From a virus (taxonomy: Duplodnaviria > Caudoviricetes), in IMG/VR virus record IMGVR_UViG_3300023093_000003, positions 1 through 54,581 of that record: a stretch of DNA of 54,581 nt; one strand, 5' to 3'. Both the position numbers and the translations under genes were made by a program. The notes under the pieces are model-generated. The model was not told the origin of the DNA, did no database searches, and worked only from the letters and a program-made list of their open reading frames with translations. Below, in pieces: positions 15,553-26,600 of this stretch (the stretch's first letter is position 1; every line of letters begins with the position of its first letter).

Positions 15553-17771
15553 CAGAAAGTCTCCTGCAAGCGGGGAAGATAGTTGCGGACGGTGCGCGTG
15601 CCGTATCCTCCCAACACGTAGGCGGACGCCTCGACTCCGCTATCGTTGTAAATCTGGCCTCGCGTCGCAGCCCAGTTCGTGCCGGTCGCCCCGCCAGCGA
15701 GAATAAAGGGGGCCGCGCAATTTTCAGCGGCATAGCCGAGCACTTTCGCTCCGGTTGGCGAACCCGACAACGTGAGCGTCGCGATGTCGTTGGATACGGT
15801 TACGCTAGTTATCGTCGCCCCTGATGCGTCAGCCCACGTAAAGCCGTAGGCTACCCCAACACTTGGGACCCAATCAGTATCGATCTTGACCGGCCTATTG
15901 AACCGCACGGAGACGGTACTGCCGCTGATCGTCACGTCGAGCGTGCCATCTTCGATTTTCGTGACAGTCAAGGTCGTACCGGCGATGTAACCCCAGAAAA
16001 CGGCACCAAATGCCACCATTTTTACCGGCGCGGCCGACGATCCCACTGTCTGTGAATTGTTGACAGTATATGTGCCGAGATCTCCCGTCCCGCTGCCGAG
16101 CGCCGTGATTTGCGTAGCTACTGAAAGCCCGACACCACGCAGTCCTTGGTTCGCAGCGAGCGCCGCCGCCGACTTCCGGGTTATATCGAGAGGCGTGAAG
16201 CTTCCCCGAGCGGCGATCTCACGATGCACGTAGTTCACTAAATCACCGTGCATCAGCCGGCCGGTCGTATCGCTGTGGATATTGGCCGAACTGGCCTCGG
16301 CCGCCATCGCGAATTGATACATTGGGCCAGCCAGAGCCACGCGCGAGCCGCGTCGACGGCGCGTCTCGGCAAGATGGGCCATCGCTCCTTGCTTCTGCGA
16401 ATTGGTCCCGTCAGCAAGTCCGTTGGTTTGCAGGATCACGAAGGACGAAAGCGCGCGCCCAATATCGGTGATGCTATCGGCAGTGTGCGCATCAATGATG
16501 TTGTTCGATAGATAGGTCTGGTATTGATCGGTGGCTACGGTAGGATCTTCGCCCTGCACGAACACAATTCGATATTCGAGATCGAGACCGTACAGCTTCG
16601 TCAGCGCGAGCGCTGCAATGCGGCTCTGCTGCGCGTTGGCGTAGAAGTAATAACCGGCCGCGCCCTTGATGAGCTGTGTGATAGGAATGCCGCCGTTGGA
16701 GTCGGCCCGGCAGAGATATGCAGGTGCCTGTTCGCCGCGCGCCCGCGCCCAATATTGTGCGAGATAGGCCACCATCGTCATCGGATACGCTGGGTTCCCG
16801 GCGTCATCGGCATAGGGCGCCAGATCGTTGAGCGTTGCCGGATCGACAGCAGCATTGATCGGCCCGTTGCGCCCGGCGACAAATTTCATGACGTGGAAGG
16901 GGAAGCGAATCGTACTGAAAATCGTCGGGTTGCTATTCCCCGACGTGATCGAATTGGACTGTCCGATGTAATGCAGCATCACCAGTTTTGATACGGAGCT
17001 CGCTAGCACCGTTGTGTAGCTGGCCGCGCGGGGCAAGGAGATACGCCCGTACCAATTTGGCGTGGTCGTCGCGTCTTCGATCAGCGCGGTCATCACCGTA
17101 TCGCCAACGCGGCGCTCCATTGCGGCCGATGGTCCCCGCCACAGCACCTTCAGGCCCATGCCCAGCGCCGTGGCAATCAGCGCAACCGCCCGGTCCTGTA
17201 GCTTGATAAAGAATTTCCACTCTCCGTCCGCCTGAAGTGGCATCTTGCCGTCCGAAAGCATGACGCCCCATTGCGCCGAGGTGTCGTCGTCCTGAGGCTG
17301 CGCCATGTAGATGAACGCGAATGTCTTGGCGGCGAATCCTCCATCGCGCATCACAAAGGAACGTGCACGCTTCGTGAGTTTTTCGACGAAGGCGTAAAGC
17401 GCAGGAACCGGTAGCGTCGGCGCGATGCTGTCGTCGTCAGGCGCTGTTGCATCGGCGGTGTCGAGGATCATTAGGTCCGTCTTGGAGACAGCACTTGTCG
17501 ATTTCGCCGCGGTAGCGTCGATTTCGCCCTGCGTGGAAAGGCCGGTCCATGTCGTCAGGTCCGAGCCAAGCACATAGACGCGCCCCGTCACGCCGGTTCC
17601 ATCATCTCCCAGGACCGGAACGCGCATGCCGGCCGCGCGGAACGAAGCCGGGATGGCGTCCCGATCCGCCAGCGTGGCCACGCCGCTCTTGAACCCGCCG
17701 ATGACATCCTTTGCATCGATCAGCGGGAACGGCCCCTGCGCCTTGAGCTGCGATGAGATTGGGGTCGTCAT
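15552..17771 (-). CDS. Tail spike/receptor-binding protein with SGNH (SASA-like) esterase domain
   Basis: IGQSNS, FVQGE and IH motifs; located after the tail tip genes. Confidence 0.7.
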   Translation of the reverse strand: MTTPISSQLKAQGPFPLIDAKDVIGGFKSGVATLADRDAIPASFRAAGMRVPVLGDDGTGVTGRVYVLGSDLTTWTGLSTQGEIDATAAKSTSAVSKTDLMILDTADATAPDDDSIAPTLPVPALYAFVEKLTKRARSFVMRDGGFAAKTFAFIYMAQPQDDDTSAQWGVMLSDGKMPLQADGEWKFFIKLQDRAVALIATALGMGLKVLWRGPSAAMERRVGDTVMTALIEDATTTPNWYGRISLPRAASYTTVLASSVSKLVMLHYIGQSNSITSGNSNPTIFSTIRFPFHVMKFVAGRNGPINAAVDPATLNDLAPYADDAGNPAYPMTMVAYLAQYWARARGEQAPAYLCRADSNGGIPITQLIKGAAGYYFYANAQQSRIAALALTKLYGLDLEYRIVFVQGEDPTVATDQYQTYLSNNIIDAHTADSITDIGRALSSFVILQTNGLADGTNSQKQGAMAHLAETRRRRGSRVALAGPMYQFAMAAEASSANIHSDTTGRLMHGDLVNYVHREIAARGSFTPLDITRKSAAALAANQGLRGVGLSVATQITALGSGTGDLGTYTVNNSQTVGSSAAPVKMVAFGAVFWGYIAGTTLTVTKIEDGTLDVTISGSTVSVRFNRPVKIDTDWVPSVGVAYGFTWADASGATITSVTVSNDIATLTLSGSPTGAKVLGYAAENCAAPFILAGGATGTNWAATRGQIYNDSGVEASAYVLGGYGTRTVRNYLPRLQETF

Positions 17772-18553
17772 GCGAACACCTCAAGAACGATGGCTGCGCC
17801 GGGCGACAAAATGTCGCTAAGCAGGAAATCTTTGTAGAAAGCGGTTTGTCCGGTCGCAGTCGTGTGCGCGCGGGTCGTCTTGGTCGCCGTCACCACGAAA
17901 CCGTTGATTTTGAACGTCGTTGGATCTGCTTGGGATGCGGGTTGCGAATACCAGACACGTCCATCGGCAGTCGTGGTGAATGTCAGCGTGCGGCTGATGC
18001 TGTCCGCGAACCACGACTGCGACATTCCGTTGACATCGGCGCTCGTCAGGGTCGCGCCATCCGCCTTGTTGATCGTGCCGGCATGGCCTTTATTGAGGAA
18101 GGCGATGGAAACCGTTTTGGTGTCTGATGTCGCCCCACCCGGCGCCGCAGCATCGGTAGCAACTAGCGTATAGTTGGTGTTTGCAGTCACGTTCGAATAG
18201 GTTTTACTGCGTGCGTTAACTTGGTCTGACAACGCGACGCCGTTGATCGTCTGCCCAGTCGGCGCGTGGTTTAGTGCCCACGTGAGTGTGACAGTAGGGA
18301 CGGTCGATCCGATCTCCGCCTGGGATGGCGTGGCAGCTAGGCCGATGATCGACATCGCAAGCCCGCCGAGGGAATAATTTATAAGGTCAAGCTGCTGTTG
18401 GACCGTCCAGCCGTTGTAGGCGATCCCTGAGGCATTGCTCAAAATGGCCAATTCTTGCGCAACAGTCCCTCCGTCGAAGCCATAGGAGATGTGCTCAGCA
18501 TCGCTCGGGCCGCGCAAGCCTCGCACGTCCGCAGTGAAGGCGGTTTCAGTCAT
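17768..18553 (-). CDS. Minor tail/fibre protein, Ig-like
   Basis: Thr-rich beta-strand pattern (VTLTW, YTLVATD); likely ATG at 18553 overlapping the upstream stop. Confidence 0.65.
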   Translation of the reverse strand: MTETAFTADVRGLRGPSDAEHISYGFDGGTVAQELAILSNASGIAYNGWTVQQQLDLINYSLGGLAMSIIGLAATPSQAEIGSTVPTVTLTWALNHAPTGQTINGVALSDQVNARSKTYSNVTANTNYTLVATDAAAPGGATSDTKTVSIAFLNKGHAGTINKADGATLTSADVNGMSQSWFADSISRTLTFTTTADGRVWYSQPASQADPTTFKINGFVVTATKTTRAHTTATGQTAFYKDFLLSDILSPGAAIVLEVFA

Positions 18554-18950
18554 CTTCGGTAACCCCCGGCTCAAGGTAGAAATATCCGGCCGCCGGGCGA
18601 TCAGCCGCAGCATCGGCATAGGTGATGACGATGTCGTAAGAGAACCGGTCGGCCTCTCCGGGTTCTGGATTGTTCAGCCCGGTCGGGAACGATGCCAGCG
18701 CGACCTTTGCCGCCGTCGGGAAGAGGCGAAGTATGCGGCGCGATGCGTCGCGGTCGCTAGGTGCGGCAACGTCATCGAATTCTATGCCGGACAAATTCAG
18801 TAGCGGCGCACCCGCTGCGCCTGGGTAAAGCCGCACCTGCAGGGTAACCGATGCGCCATCGAGAGGCAGCGCGCCACCGGAATAGGCAAGGTCGATCGTC
18901 GGCGCCCACGGCACGTTGCGCGCCGCGACGAGGTCGAGATTGGCGGGCAT
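18546..18950 (-). CDS. Tail fibre adaptor (BppU-N-like) protein
   Basis: LDGASVTLQVR...YDIVIT...GYF...PGVT pattern; GGAG RBS. Confidence 0.65.
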   Translation of the reverse strand: MPANLDLVAARNVPWAPTIDLAYSGGALPLDGASVTLQVRLYPGAAGAPLLNLSGIEFDDVAAPSDRDASRRILRLFPTAAKVALASFPTGLNNPEPGEADRFSYDIVITYADAAADRPAAGYFYLEPGVTEDD

Positions 18951-18966
18951 AGGCGCTCCGATCGGT

Positions 18967-19155
18967 TTATATGGTAGGTGGTGCGAAAATCGGAATAACC
19001 ACGCCATCAACGACACGGTGCGCCATGTCGAAACCGATGGGCGGTCGTTCGGCAAGCTCGACGAAGGGCAGGGGGTCGGCTTCGAGTGAGGCGCGATCTC
19101 CCGATACGGTGCGAGCAATTTTGCCGGTCGATGGGTCGTAATAGGCGACGTGCAT
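18967..19155 (-). CDS. Small tail-associated protein
   Basis: MHVAYYDPSTGKI...VVDGVV; follows the tail tip gene. Confidence 0.6.
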   Translation of the reverse strand: MHVAYYDPSTGKIARTVSGDRASLEADPLPFVELAERPPIGFDMAHRVVDGVVIPIFAPPTI

Positions 19156-19157
19156 CG

Positions 19158-21467
19158 CTACTCTCCGTAGAACCTGAGGATGGTGACGAAGCGATTGGCG
19201 GCCGACACCGATGAGTCTGTCGCGGACTGGAGTTCGACCAGATACGTCCCTGACGGGAGATCGAGCTCCCCACTCAATGCAACCGAATCTGCGGTCTTCT
19301 GGCCGCCACTCCCGCAAACCTCGACGCCGTCGATGAGAAGCCGGGCCTTCCAATCCTTGTCGCCATCTGGGAAGCTTTGTTGCAAAGTCGCAATTGCGTG
19401 AAGCGACCCGTCCCCGATGAGAATTGCGGATTGAGACCACAGGGTTTTCCATGTGGTCAGGCCGCCGCCGCCGATAGGGGCGGATGCTGTCCCGCTGATC
19501 GGCAGGCTGATCGAGTTCGGCGCGCCAGGCTTGATCGGCGCTTCAAACACGCCCGCCGTCACCGGCCCCAGGATCAGCCGGTTGGTCGGTACGCCGCCGA
19601 TCACATAGCTGACCGCGCCTTCGTACTGCGTCTCGGCCTTGAGGCTCGAGACATCCCGACGGCGCACCGAAGGCGCCGCGGTTCCGGCATCGGCCCAGCC
19701 GGTATCACCCGACCCGGGCAACCGATATTCGAAGCGGACCTGTTCCACGTAATCTGTCGCCACGCTGCCGGTGAAGACGATCGCGGGCTGTGAGCCATTG
19801 GGCCCGGTAAGCGTCTCTCCGTTGAGCGACCATTCGGACGGGCTGGGGGCATACCATGTCGGGTTGTTCTGCTGCTCAGCGACTGAGCCGGGCAGGGCTT
19901 CATCGACCGCCGGGTTCCAGTCGAAGCAGCTTGCGACGATCTCTTCGTTCGCGAGGGTGTTGCGCCAGCTTTCCGCTAGGCTGTAGCTGTTCACCCGGAA
20001 GATGCCGCGCTGCCCTTTGAGGTGGCGCTTCGATGTCCATGCAATCCAGTCGCCGTCTTCCAGATGAGCGAACCGCGGGCCGAGTGTGTAGGTCGAGGAC
20101 TTCTCAAGCCTATCTTGCCGTCGCCTGATTTCGCCGCAGCGCTGCGCCTGAGTGATTGAGGTGACCGCCGTCAGCGTCAGCGTGTCCTCGCGCGGGCCTT
20201 CGTCCTCTATCAGATCGGCAATCACCCGGCGCACAGGCGCGGCATGGTCCGCCCACTTTTGCGATGGCTCGATATAGCGCGGGATCACGGTATTGATCCG
20301 CTGTGTGTCGGGCTTGAAGGCGTTGAACGTCACCGTCTCACCAACGATAAAATCGTCGTCGGTGATCTCGGCCACGATGCTCCGAGCCGAGCCGGGTTCG
20401 ATCTCGACGCTGCCTTCACGCTGGATGATGATGCCCGCGCACGCCGCGGCGAACATCTCCTCGGTTTCGATGTACGTGTCGCTCGTCTTGACGACGAGGT
20501 TGCACCGATAGCGGGGCTCCGTTCCGCCTGATTTTAGAGCGACCGGCTCATCACAGGTGTTGGCATAGGCGAAGGTGCGCTCGGGGGGCGCCTCAACATC
20601 CGTCAGCCCGCGACCGACCAGCAGCATGCCCGGCTGATCGATCCGATCGCAGGCATAGATGCCGCGCACCCAATTGTACCGGCAGTCGATGAGGTTGTTG
20701 GTCCATTCCCAAGTTGAGGGATTGTTCCAGCGATGCGGACCCGAGCCGCCGATGCTCGAATCCTTGCGCGGAATGTAGCAGAGCTTGCCGTTGACAACCC
20801 ATAGAAAATTGGGGCGGCCCGCGGTCCAGACCGGGTTCTTGGAGTCCGGTTTGTCGGCCTTGTAAGCGACCACGACGCATGCGCAGCCGGCAAGATTGCT
20901 GCTGCCATCCCATCCGCCATAGCTCGTGACGATCGCGGGCATCGTCTGGCCGAGGGTGCCCTCAAGCCAGTATACCTCAAGCTGACCGCCATAGCCGGAG
21001 ACCACTCCGCTCCCTGTGAACTCGACATAGACGTCGCCGACATAGAAGCCCGCGAGCGAGTGGCAGCGGTGATCCGCCACGACGATGATCAGCACCTCCC
21101 AGTCCGTGCCGTCGGTGCCGCCGTAGTTGAAACCGTCTGACAGCGAGCCAGCGGTCGCCACGGTGCCGAACAGGGCCTCGCGCGGCGTCTCGCCGATATC
21201 AATCGTCGCGATTGATGCCTGCCGGTCCTGGGCATTATTCTTCGGGCCGAACAGCTTGTTGATCCCGAACGAGATAGCTGTCGTTATTGCAAACGTGAGG
21301 ACCGCCGTGGCGATCGTCGCAGTCAATCCGGTCAGGCCTATGGCAGCGATGATTGAGGCTGAAATCGGGTCAGCTTGCGCCGGCGTGGGCGTCATGAGCA
21401 GGGCGTTCGCGACGGACGCATAAACGCGCAGCCGCAGCGAAATCACGGGCCTCACAGCGCGCGCCAA
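19158..21467 (-). CDS. Tail tip / host-specificity (J-like) protein
   Basis: PRE..FG, AN.CDE.V, RYRCN, TSITQAQR, LE.GD motifs and an FN3-like C-terminal part. Confidence 0.85.
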   Translation of the reverse strand: MARAVRPVISLRLRVYASVANALLMTPTPAQADPISASIIAAIGLTGLTATIATAVLTFAITTAISFGINKLFGPKNNAQDRQASIATIDIGETPREALFGTVATAGSLSDGFNYGGTDGTDWEVLIIVVADHRCHSLAGFYVGDVYVEFTGSGVVSGYGGQLEVYWLEGTLGQTMPAIVTSYGGWDGSSNLAGCACVVVAYKADKPDSKNPVWTAGRPNFLWVVNGKLCYIPRKDSSIGGSGPHRWNNPSTWEWTNNLIDCRYNWVRGIYACDRIDQPGMLLVGRGLTDVEAPPERTFAYANTCDEPVALKSGGTEPRYRCNLVVKTSDTYIETEEMFAAACAGIIIQREGSVEIEPGSARSIVAEITDDDFIVGETVTFNAFKPDTQRINTVIPRYIEPSQKWADHAAPVRRVIADLIEDEGPREDTLTLTAVTSITQAQRCGEIRRRQDRLEKSSTYTLGPRFAHLEDGDWIAWTSKRHLKGQRGIFRVNSYSLAESWRNTLANEEIVASCFDWNPAVDEALPGSVAEQQNNPTWYAPSPSEWSLNGETLTGPNGSQPAIVFTGSVATDYVEQVRFEYRLPGSGDTGWADAGTAAPSVRRRDVSSLKAETQYEGAVSYVIGGVPTNRLILGPVTAGVFEAPIKPGAPNSISLPISGTASAPIGGGGLTTWKTLWSQSAILIGDGSLHAIATLQQSFPDGDKDWKARLLIDGVEVCGSGGQKTADSVALSGELDLPSGTYLVELQSATDSSVSAANRFVTILRFYGE

Positions 21468-21844
21468 GCCCGCACCATGAGTTTTCGAGGCAACCGGCGC
21501 AGACCCCTTTCCCCGGGGCCGGCGAGCGTATCACCCTCCACCACGACAAGGATCATTCGATTGCCCGCCATGATAGCGCCGATGTCGCCACGTTGCGCGA
21601 ACGCTGGCGCGATCGGCTCACCGAGCTTTGCAGTCAGCGCCGTCTCAACCCCGCCAGCCGCTTCAATTGCGGCTTCCGCCTCTTCCTCTGTCGACCATCG
21701 CAGGCCGGCGAGATGGTCTTCGCCACCCTGCGCGATGACCGCCGCGGCCGCCGCGCTGATGCAGTCGTTCGCGTGATCACCCCAGGAGAAAGGCATGGTC
21801 TGCCGTTCCGCCAGATGGCGGTGAAGTCCCTCAAGGTCACGCAT
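21452..21844 (-). CDS. NlpC/P60-like tail assembly protein
   Basis: PFSWG..NDC and AQRGDI motifs; lies just before the tip gene. Confidence 0.75.
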   Translation of the reverse strand: MRDLEGLHRHLAERQTMPFSWGDHANDCISAAAAAVIAQGGEDHLAGLRWSTEEEAEAAIEAAGGVETALTAKLGEPIAPAFAQRGDIGAIMAGNRMILVVVEGDTLAGPGERGLRRLPRKLMVRAWRAL

Positions 21845-21845
21845 G

Positions 21846-22487
21846 TCAGAATTCCGATCGCGCGTTGTTCTTGTAGCCAGGTGACGTGCTGGCGCCGCCA
21901 CCGGTGAGCGCATTCGCGGCAGTCGCCGGCTTTTTGCCGCCCCAGTAGAGGTTCTTTTGGCCAGCATAGGCGATCGCCTTGAAGCCGCCGTCGGTCGCCT
22001 TGATCAGCCGCTGATCGGCATCGGTACGCATCCGGCCGCCGCGCCGCCCCAGTCCCCGCGCCGCAGTCTCCACCGATGCGGTGATCGTCGACGTCCCGCC
22101 CGGCGTTTCCTCAACCGGAATCTGGTCCAGGCGGCCGCGGGTGAATACCTCCGAGTGAAGAAGCTGTGTCCCCGAGCTGTCAAAGATCAGCCGGCGCACC
22201 ACCGTGATTGCCCGGCGCAGAAGTGCTGCGTTGAACGTTTCCAAAACGTCCGGCTCGACGCCCGATAGTGAGAGCGTGATATTCTGCTCTGCGCCGCCGA
22301 TCGCGCTACCGGACACAGAGGCCAACCCGCGATCGCCGATCCCGTCGAAGTCCTCACCGTCAATCGTGATCGTTCCATATCCGCCCCACACGCGGATCGG
22401 AGGATCGCATAGAATCTCGACCGCGCCGGCGGTGATCGCATCGCCCCGCTCGATCGCCGCTTTTGCCTCATCTGAAAACAGCTTCAT
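21846..22487 (-). CDS. Minor tail protein (hub/gpL position)
   Basis: Synteny; LSLSGV, F.RGRLD and RT.ADQR...D.GF motifs. Confidence 0.75.
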   Translation of the reverse strand: MKLFSDEAKAAIERGDAITAGAVEILCDPPIRVWGGYGTITIDGEDFDGIGDRGLASVSGSAIGGAEQNITLSLSGVEPDVLETFNAALLRRAITVVRRLIFDSSGTQLLHSEVFTRGRLDQIPVEETPGGTSTITASVETAARGLGRRGGRMRTDADQRLIKATDGGFKAIAYAGQKNLYWGGKKPATAANALTGGGASTSPGYKNNARSEF

Positions 22488-22586
22488 GCAGAGACCTCAG
22501 CGGCGTGAGTTGCGAGAAAACTTGCGCGGGTTGACCATCGCTGAAGCTGGCCTCAGACCATGCCCCGCAGAAATGGGGGAAACGTC

Positions 22587-22922
22587 ATGAAAATCGGAAT
22601 CGCAGTCGTCTCGGCTTTGGCTCTTGCAGGATGTTCAACCGTGGCGACGCGGAGAGACGATCCTGCCAACTTGGACGTCACGACGAAGAAGAGCTTTGCG
22701 GAGTTTCAGAGCTGTTTCGCAGATGCCACGGCGAGGGGCGACACTCCGACGTTCCTGCCTAAGGCGAACGGCGGCACGTACACGATGACGGTTAGCGGGT
22801 ACGTTCTTTGGGTGGTCGACGTATCAGACGAGGGTGTCGACCGACGGATTGTCGTACACGAGATCAGTTCAATGTGGGGCAAGGGCAAGCACGCAAGCAA
22901 ATTGGTCCAGACCTGCCTCTAG
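22587..22922 (+). CDS. Counter-oriented lipoprotein moron
   Basis: MKIGIAVVSALALAGC lipobox; GGGGA RBS; opposite strand inside the tail operon. Confidence 0.75.
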   Translation: MKIGIAVVSALALAGCSTVATRRDDPANLDVTTKKSFAEFQSCFADATARGDTPTFLPKANGGTYTMTVSGYVLWVVDVSDEGVDRRIVVHEISSMWGKGKHASKLVQTCL

Positions 22923-22926
22923 GTTA

Positions 22927-23601
22927 TTAGGGCAACAGATCCTGCACCGCCTCGATCGCACCGCCTGACACGGTGTACCCGCCCACCACCTGCTCGCCGA
23001 GCTGCGTCGACCCGGTGACGAGGCGCATCAGGCAGGCAGGGGCGTCAAGGTGCGCCTTCGCCCCTACGGGCACGATATTGTGGACAGCCGGTTCGACCGT
23101 CATTGATGCCGTGCCATCCGCGGCGACGATCGCGCGCTCGCATGCCCGCACCAGCGCACGGCGCCCGTAGGTGCCTGCCGCCGCGCCGGCCGCATCCCAT
23201 TTGAACCCGATATAGTCGACGTTTGAAATGACCGATCCCGGCTGGAGGCCGGCGAGGTGCAGGACCGCATCGCCTTCCGAGGTGATCGTTTGCGACCACG
23301 CCGTCGGCTGCGGGCCGAACGGAATGCCGTTCGCGTGGAAGCGCGGGCCTGGGCGAGACAGATCGCGTCCGAGTAGCAGGCGCCGCGGGCCGCGCATCGT
23401 GGCGAGCCATGACCGCCACTCGTCAGCGTCCTCGACCGCCATGTTGTTCAGCGAAATCCGCATGCGCCAAAGCGTCCAGCCCGCTGCGACTGCCCCGATC
23501 CGCGCGCCGGTCTCGGGGCTCATATAATCGATGCCCGACGGCTCGAAGGATACCGACATCCCGCCGACTGCAGGAATTGGGCGCGGATAGACGATCGCCA
23601 T
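22927..23601 (-). CDS. Distal tail protein
   Basis: Immediately after the tape measure gene; 224 aa. Confidence 0.7.
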   Translation of the reverse strand: MAIVYPRPIPAVGGMSVSFEPSGIDYMSPETGARIGAVAAGWTLWRMRISLNNMAVEDADEWRSWLATMRGPRRLLLGRDLSRPGPRFHANGIPFGPQPTAWSQTITSEGDAVLHLAGLQPGSVISNVDYIGFKWDAAGAAAGTYGRRALVRACERAIVAADGTASMTVEPAVHNIVPVGAKAHLDAPACLMRLVTGSTQLGEQVVGGYTVSGGAIEAVQDLLP

Positions 23602-26600
23602 CAGCGAATGATCCGCCGCGCCTTGGCATCCGCCACCGCAGAGACCGAGCGACCCTCGATGCTGCTGTCGAGCCGCTTCAGAGCCGCCTCGATACGTGGC
23701 ACGGCCGCCGCGTCGGCGCCGCGGAAGTCGTTGTGCATGATGACCCCGCTGCCGTTGCCGCCGTTATCGTTCCCGGGCCGGGTGATATCGACCATTTCAC
23801 CGCGCGAGGCACGGAAGGCGACGAGGTTGCGATCGATGCCCGACATGCCGCCAACCTTGAACGAGCCGCCAGTCGCGAAACCCTGAAGGCTCATCATGCC
23901 TTCGGGGTTCATGCTACCGCCCCAACCTTCGGTCCTCATGCTGATGCCCGAAAGATCGACGTTCGGGTTCTTGATCCCGCCGCCGCCGAAGGCGCTGCCA
24001 ATGCCGCCAATTAGCGAACCGAGAAGGCCGCCCAAGCCCCCGCCGCCGCCAGATCCTGACCCGATACCCGAGAAAAGCTTGAAGATCAGGTCAGACAGCG
24101 AGTTAATCGCCTGCTCCATCCCCTTGGCGACACGATCTTTCCACCAGTTCTTGAACCAGTCGCCCAGATTGCCGTCGAGCGCCGCACGGAAGCCGCCGCG
24201 GATCGTGTCTCGCCAAATCCCCTGCTGCGTTGCCTGCTGCATCTGCAGGGCCTCGGTCGCGGCCTTTGCGTCGGCTTCTGCCTTGTCCATCGGCGCTTGG
24301 CCGTTGGCGCCGGCCTGCAACTCCTGCGACCGACGCTCAATATCGAGCTTGCGCTCCATCGCTTGGACTTGAGCGTCTGTGTCGCCGCGAGCTTTGGCAA
24401 GGTCGATCTGTCGTTGCTGTTCAGCCTGCTCGGCCTCACGTTGGCGCGCGGCCGCGATAGCTCCATCCAGCCGCGTTTGCTCGGCCGTAGAGATGGCTGT
24501 CGCCTCGGCCAAATCCTTGCCGTTCTTGCGCCAGAACACAATGCGCTCTTGTAGATATTCCTGCTTTTTCAAGCTCTCTTCGAGCTTGCCGTTGCCCGCA
24601 ATCTCCGCAACCTTGATATCGAAAGAGCGCTGATCATCCGCGATCTGGCGAGCGGTCTGGACCGCCCGAGCGTCAGTGATCAGCTTTATGTCGCGGTTCG
24701 CAGCAGCCGTGGCGTCAACCAACGACATCCCGGTGCGCTGATAGGCCTCGATCTGTTTCTCAAGCGCTAGGCGCGCCTCGATGGATCGCACAAGATCTTC
24801 GTCGCCCCGAAGGCGAGCCGCCTGCAACTGAGCTTGCATTTCGAGCTCGGCTCGGTTTGCAGCGTCATATTTGGTATTCCGGCCCTTCTTCTCTTTCTTT
24901 GGCTTCTCTAGATCGACGGTCCGTTTCGGCGAATCAACTACTACGGGCTTTGGTGCAGATGGCGCTTGCGGCTCCTTGGTAGGCGTAGCCGCTCCAAGGC
25001 CCAGCGTCTCCTTCATGGCCCCGTAGGTGTCGGCGATGAATTTCGCGGCTCCCTTGATCCAGTCAAGTAGCCAGCCGAACTTATCGACCAGCCAGCCCTT
25101 CACCCCCTCATACACCGCCTTCGCAGCCGCGACGACGCCAGGGAACGCAGATGCAATATAGTTGACCATGTTGGCGACGGCCGTGCTGAGCCAGTTGCCG
25201 ATCTCCGTGAATCCATCGGCCAGCCACTGCTTCGCAATCGTGTAGGCTTCCCTCAAAGGCGCACCGAGCCCCGGCCCCAGCGCATCGACGGCGTTAATCA
25301 CTGCATTGCAGGCAGCATCTACAATATCGCCGGCGTCGCCCCAGGCGGCCGAAAAGTCGCCGCGCAACAAGTCGCTGATGAGAGTGACCATGCCGCTCAC
25401 GACGTCCAGGAATCCGTTGATCAGCGCCACCGCTGCGCCAAGGACACTGACGATCACATCCCCAGCGCCCGCTACCGCGCCGGCCAGTAAAGTACCGATC
25501 ACGTCCGCCACGACAGCGACGGCACTCCCTAGCCAGGATAGAGCCGAACCGATCGGGCCGCTGGTGATCTTTGCGAAGATATCCTGCACCTTCTGCATCA
25601 TCGCCTCCAGCGGAGGACCGAGCGTGGTGGTTAGTTTGTTCCAGATCTGCTCCAAAACCGGAATCAAGCTGTCTTTGAACAGCAGGAATGCTGTGATTGC
25701 CCAGCCGATCGGGCCGGCGATCTTCAAGAAGGCTTGACCGATTGAACCCAGCACAAAGCGCAGAGCCGAAGTGCCGGCGAAGTCGATGAATAGCTTCAGC
25801 AGTGTGTCGAGCGGCGCGAACACAAAAGAAATGGCGCGCCCGATAAGGCCGAAACCGGCGGCGAAGCGCACCGCGATGAACGTGCCTACGGTGCCAAGGA
25901 GGAAGACCAAGGGACCAAGAAGAGCGGAGAGGCCCGCAAAGGCGGCGCCGACCTTTAGCACCCAAGGCGGCGCGCCCGCGATTGATTCCAGCAAAGATGC
26001 AAAGGCATTCTTAATTGATGTAATTATCTCGAGCAGGCCGGTCTCACCGATCGCGATTTTCACGCTTTCCCACGCGACCGCGATACGATTGGCTGCCGCA
26101 ACGTCGCCTTCCATGCGCTTGGCGATTTTACCGCCAACGTCGCCCTTCTCGATTGTCGCCTGTAGATTCTCAAAACCTTGACGTCCCTGCTCCATCAGGC
26201 CGATCGCGGTACGCGCGGCGTCAGAGCCGAAGATGGTCTTTAGCGCATCCGTCTTAGAAACGTCGGACAGGTCGCCTAGCTTGTCGCGGAGGATTTGGGC
26301 CTGCACCGCGAGCGGCTTCATGCGACCGCGCGCATCGAAGAACGAAATTCCGAGTTTATTCATCGCGTATTTGGCATCGTCGCTGTTGCCAACTAGCGAC
26401 TGGATATATGTCTTGAATGACGTTCCAGCGTCCGAGCCGCTACTGAACTGCGAGCTGGTAGCAGCGACAGCCGTGGCGAAATCTTTGAAACTAATCCCAG
26501 CAGAAGCGGCAACGCCGCCGCCTTGAGATACTGCGAGCTGGAAATCCTGAAATCCGAACTTGCTCGCGTCGAGGGCGCCGACGACGTTTTTGACAACGTC

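Noticed and set aside
14761-21467. Diversity-generating retroelement or invertible tail-fibre cassette
   Set aside because: I saw no reverse transcriptase, TR/VR pair, invertase or flanking inverted repeats.
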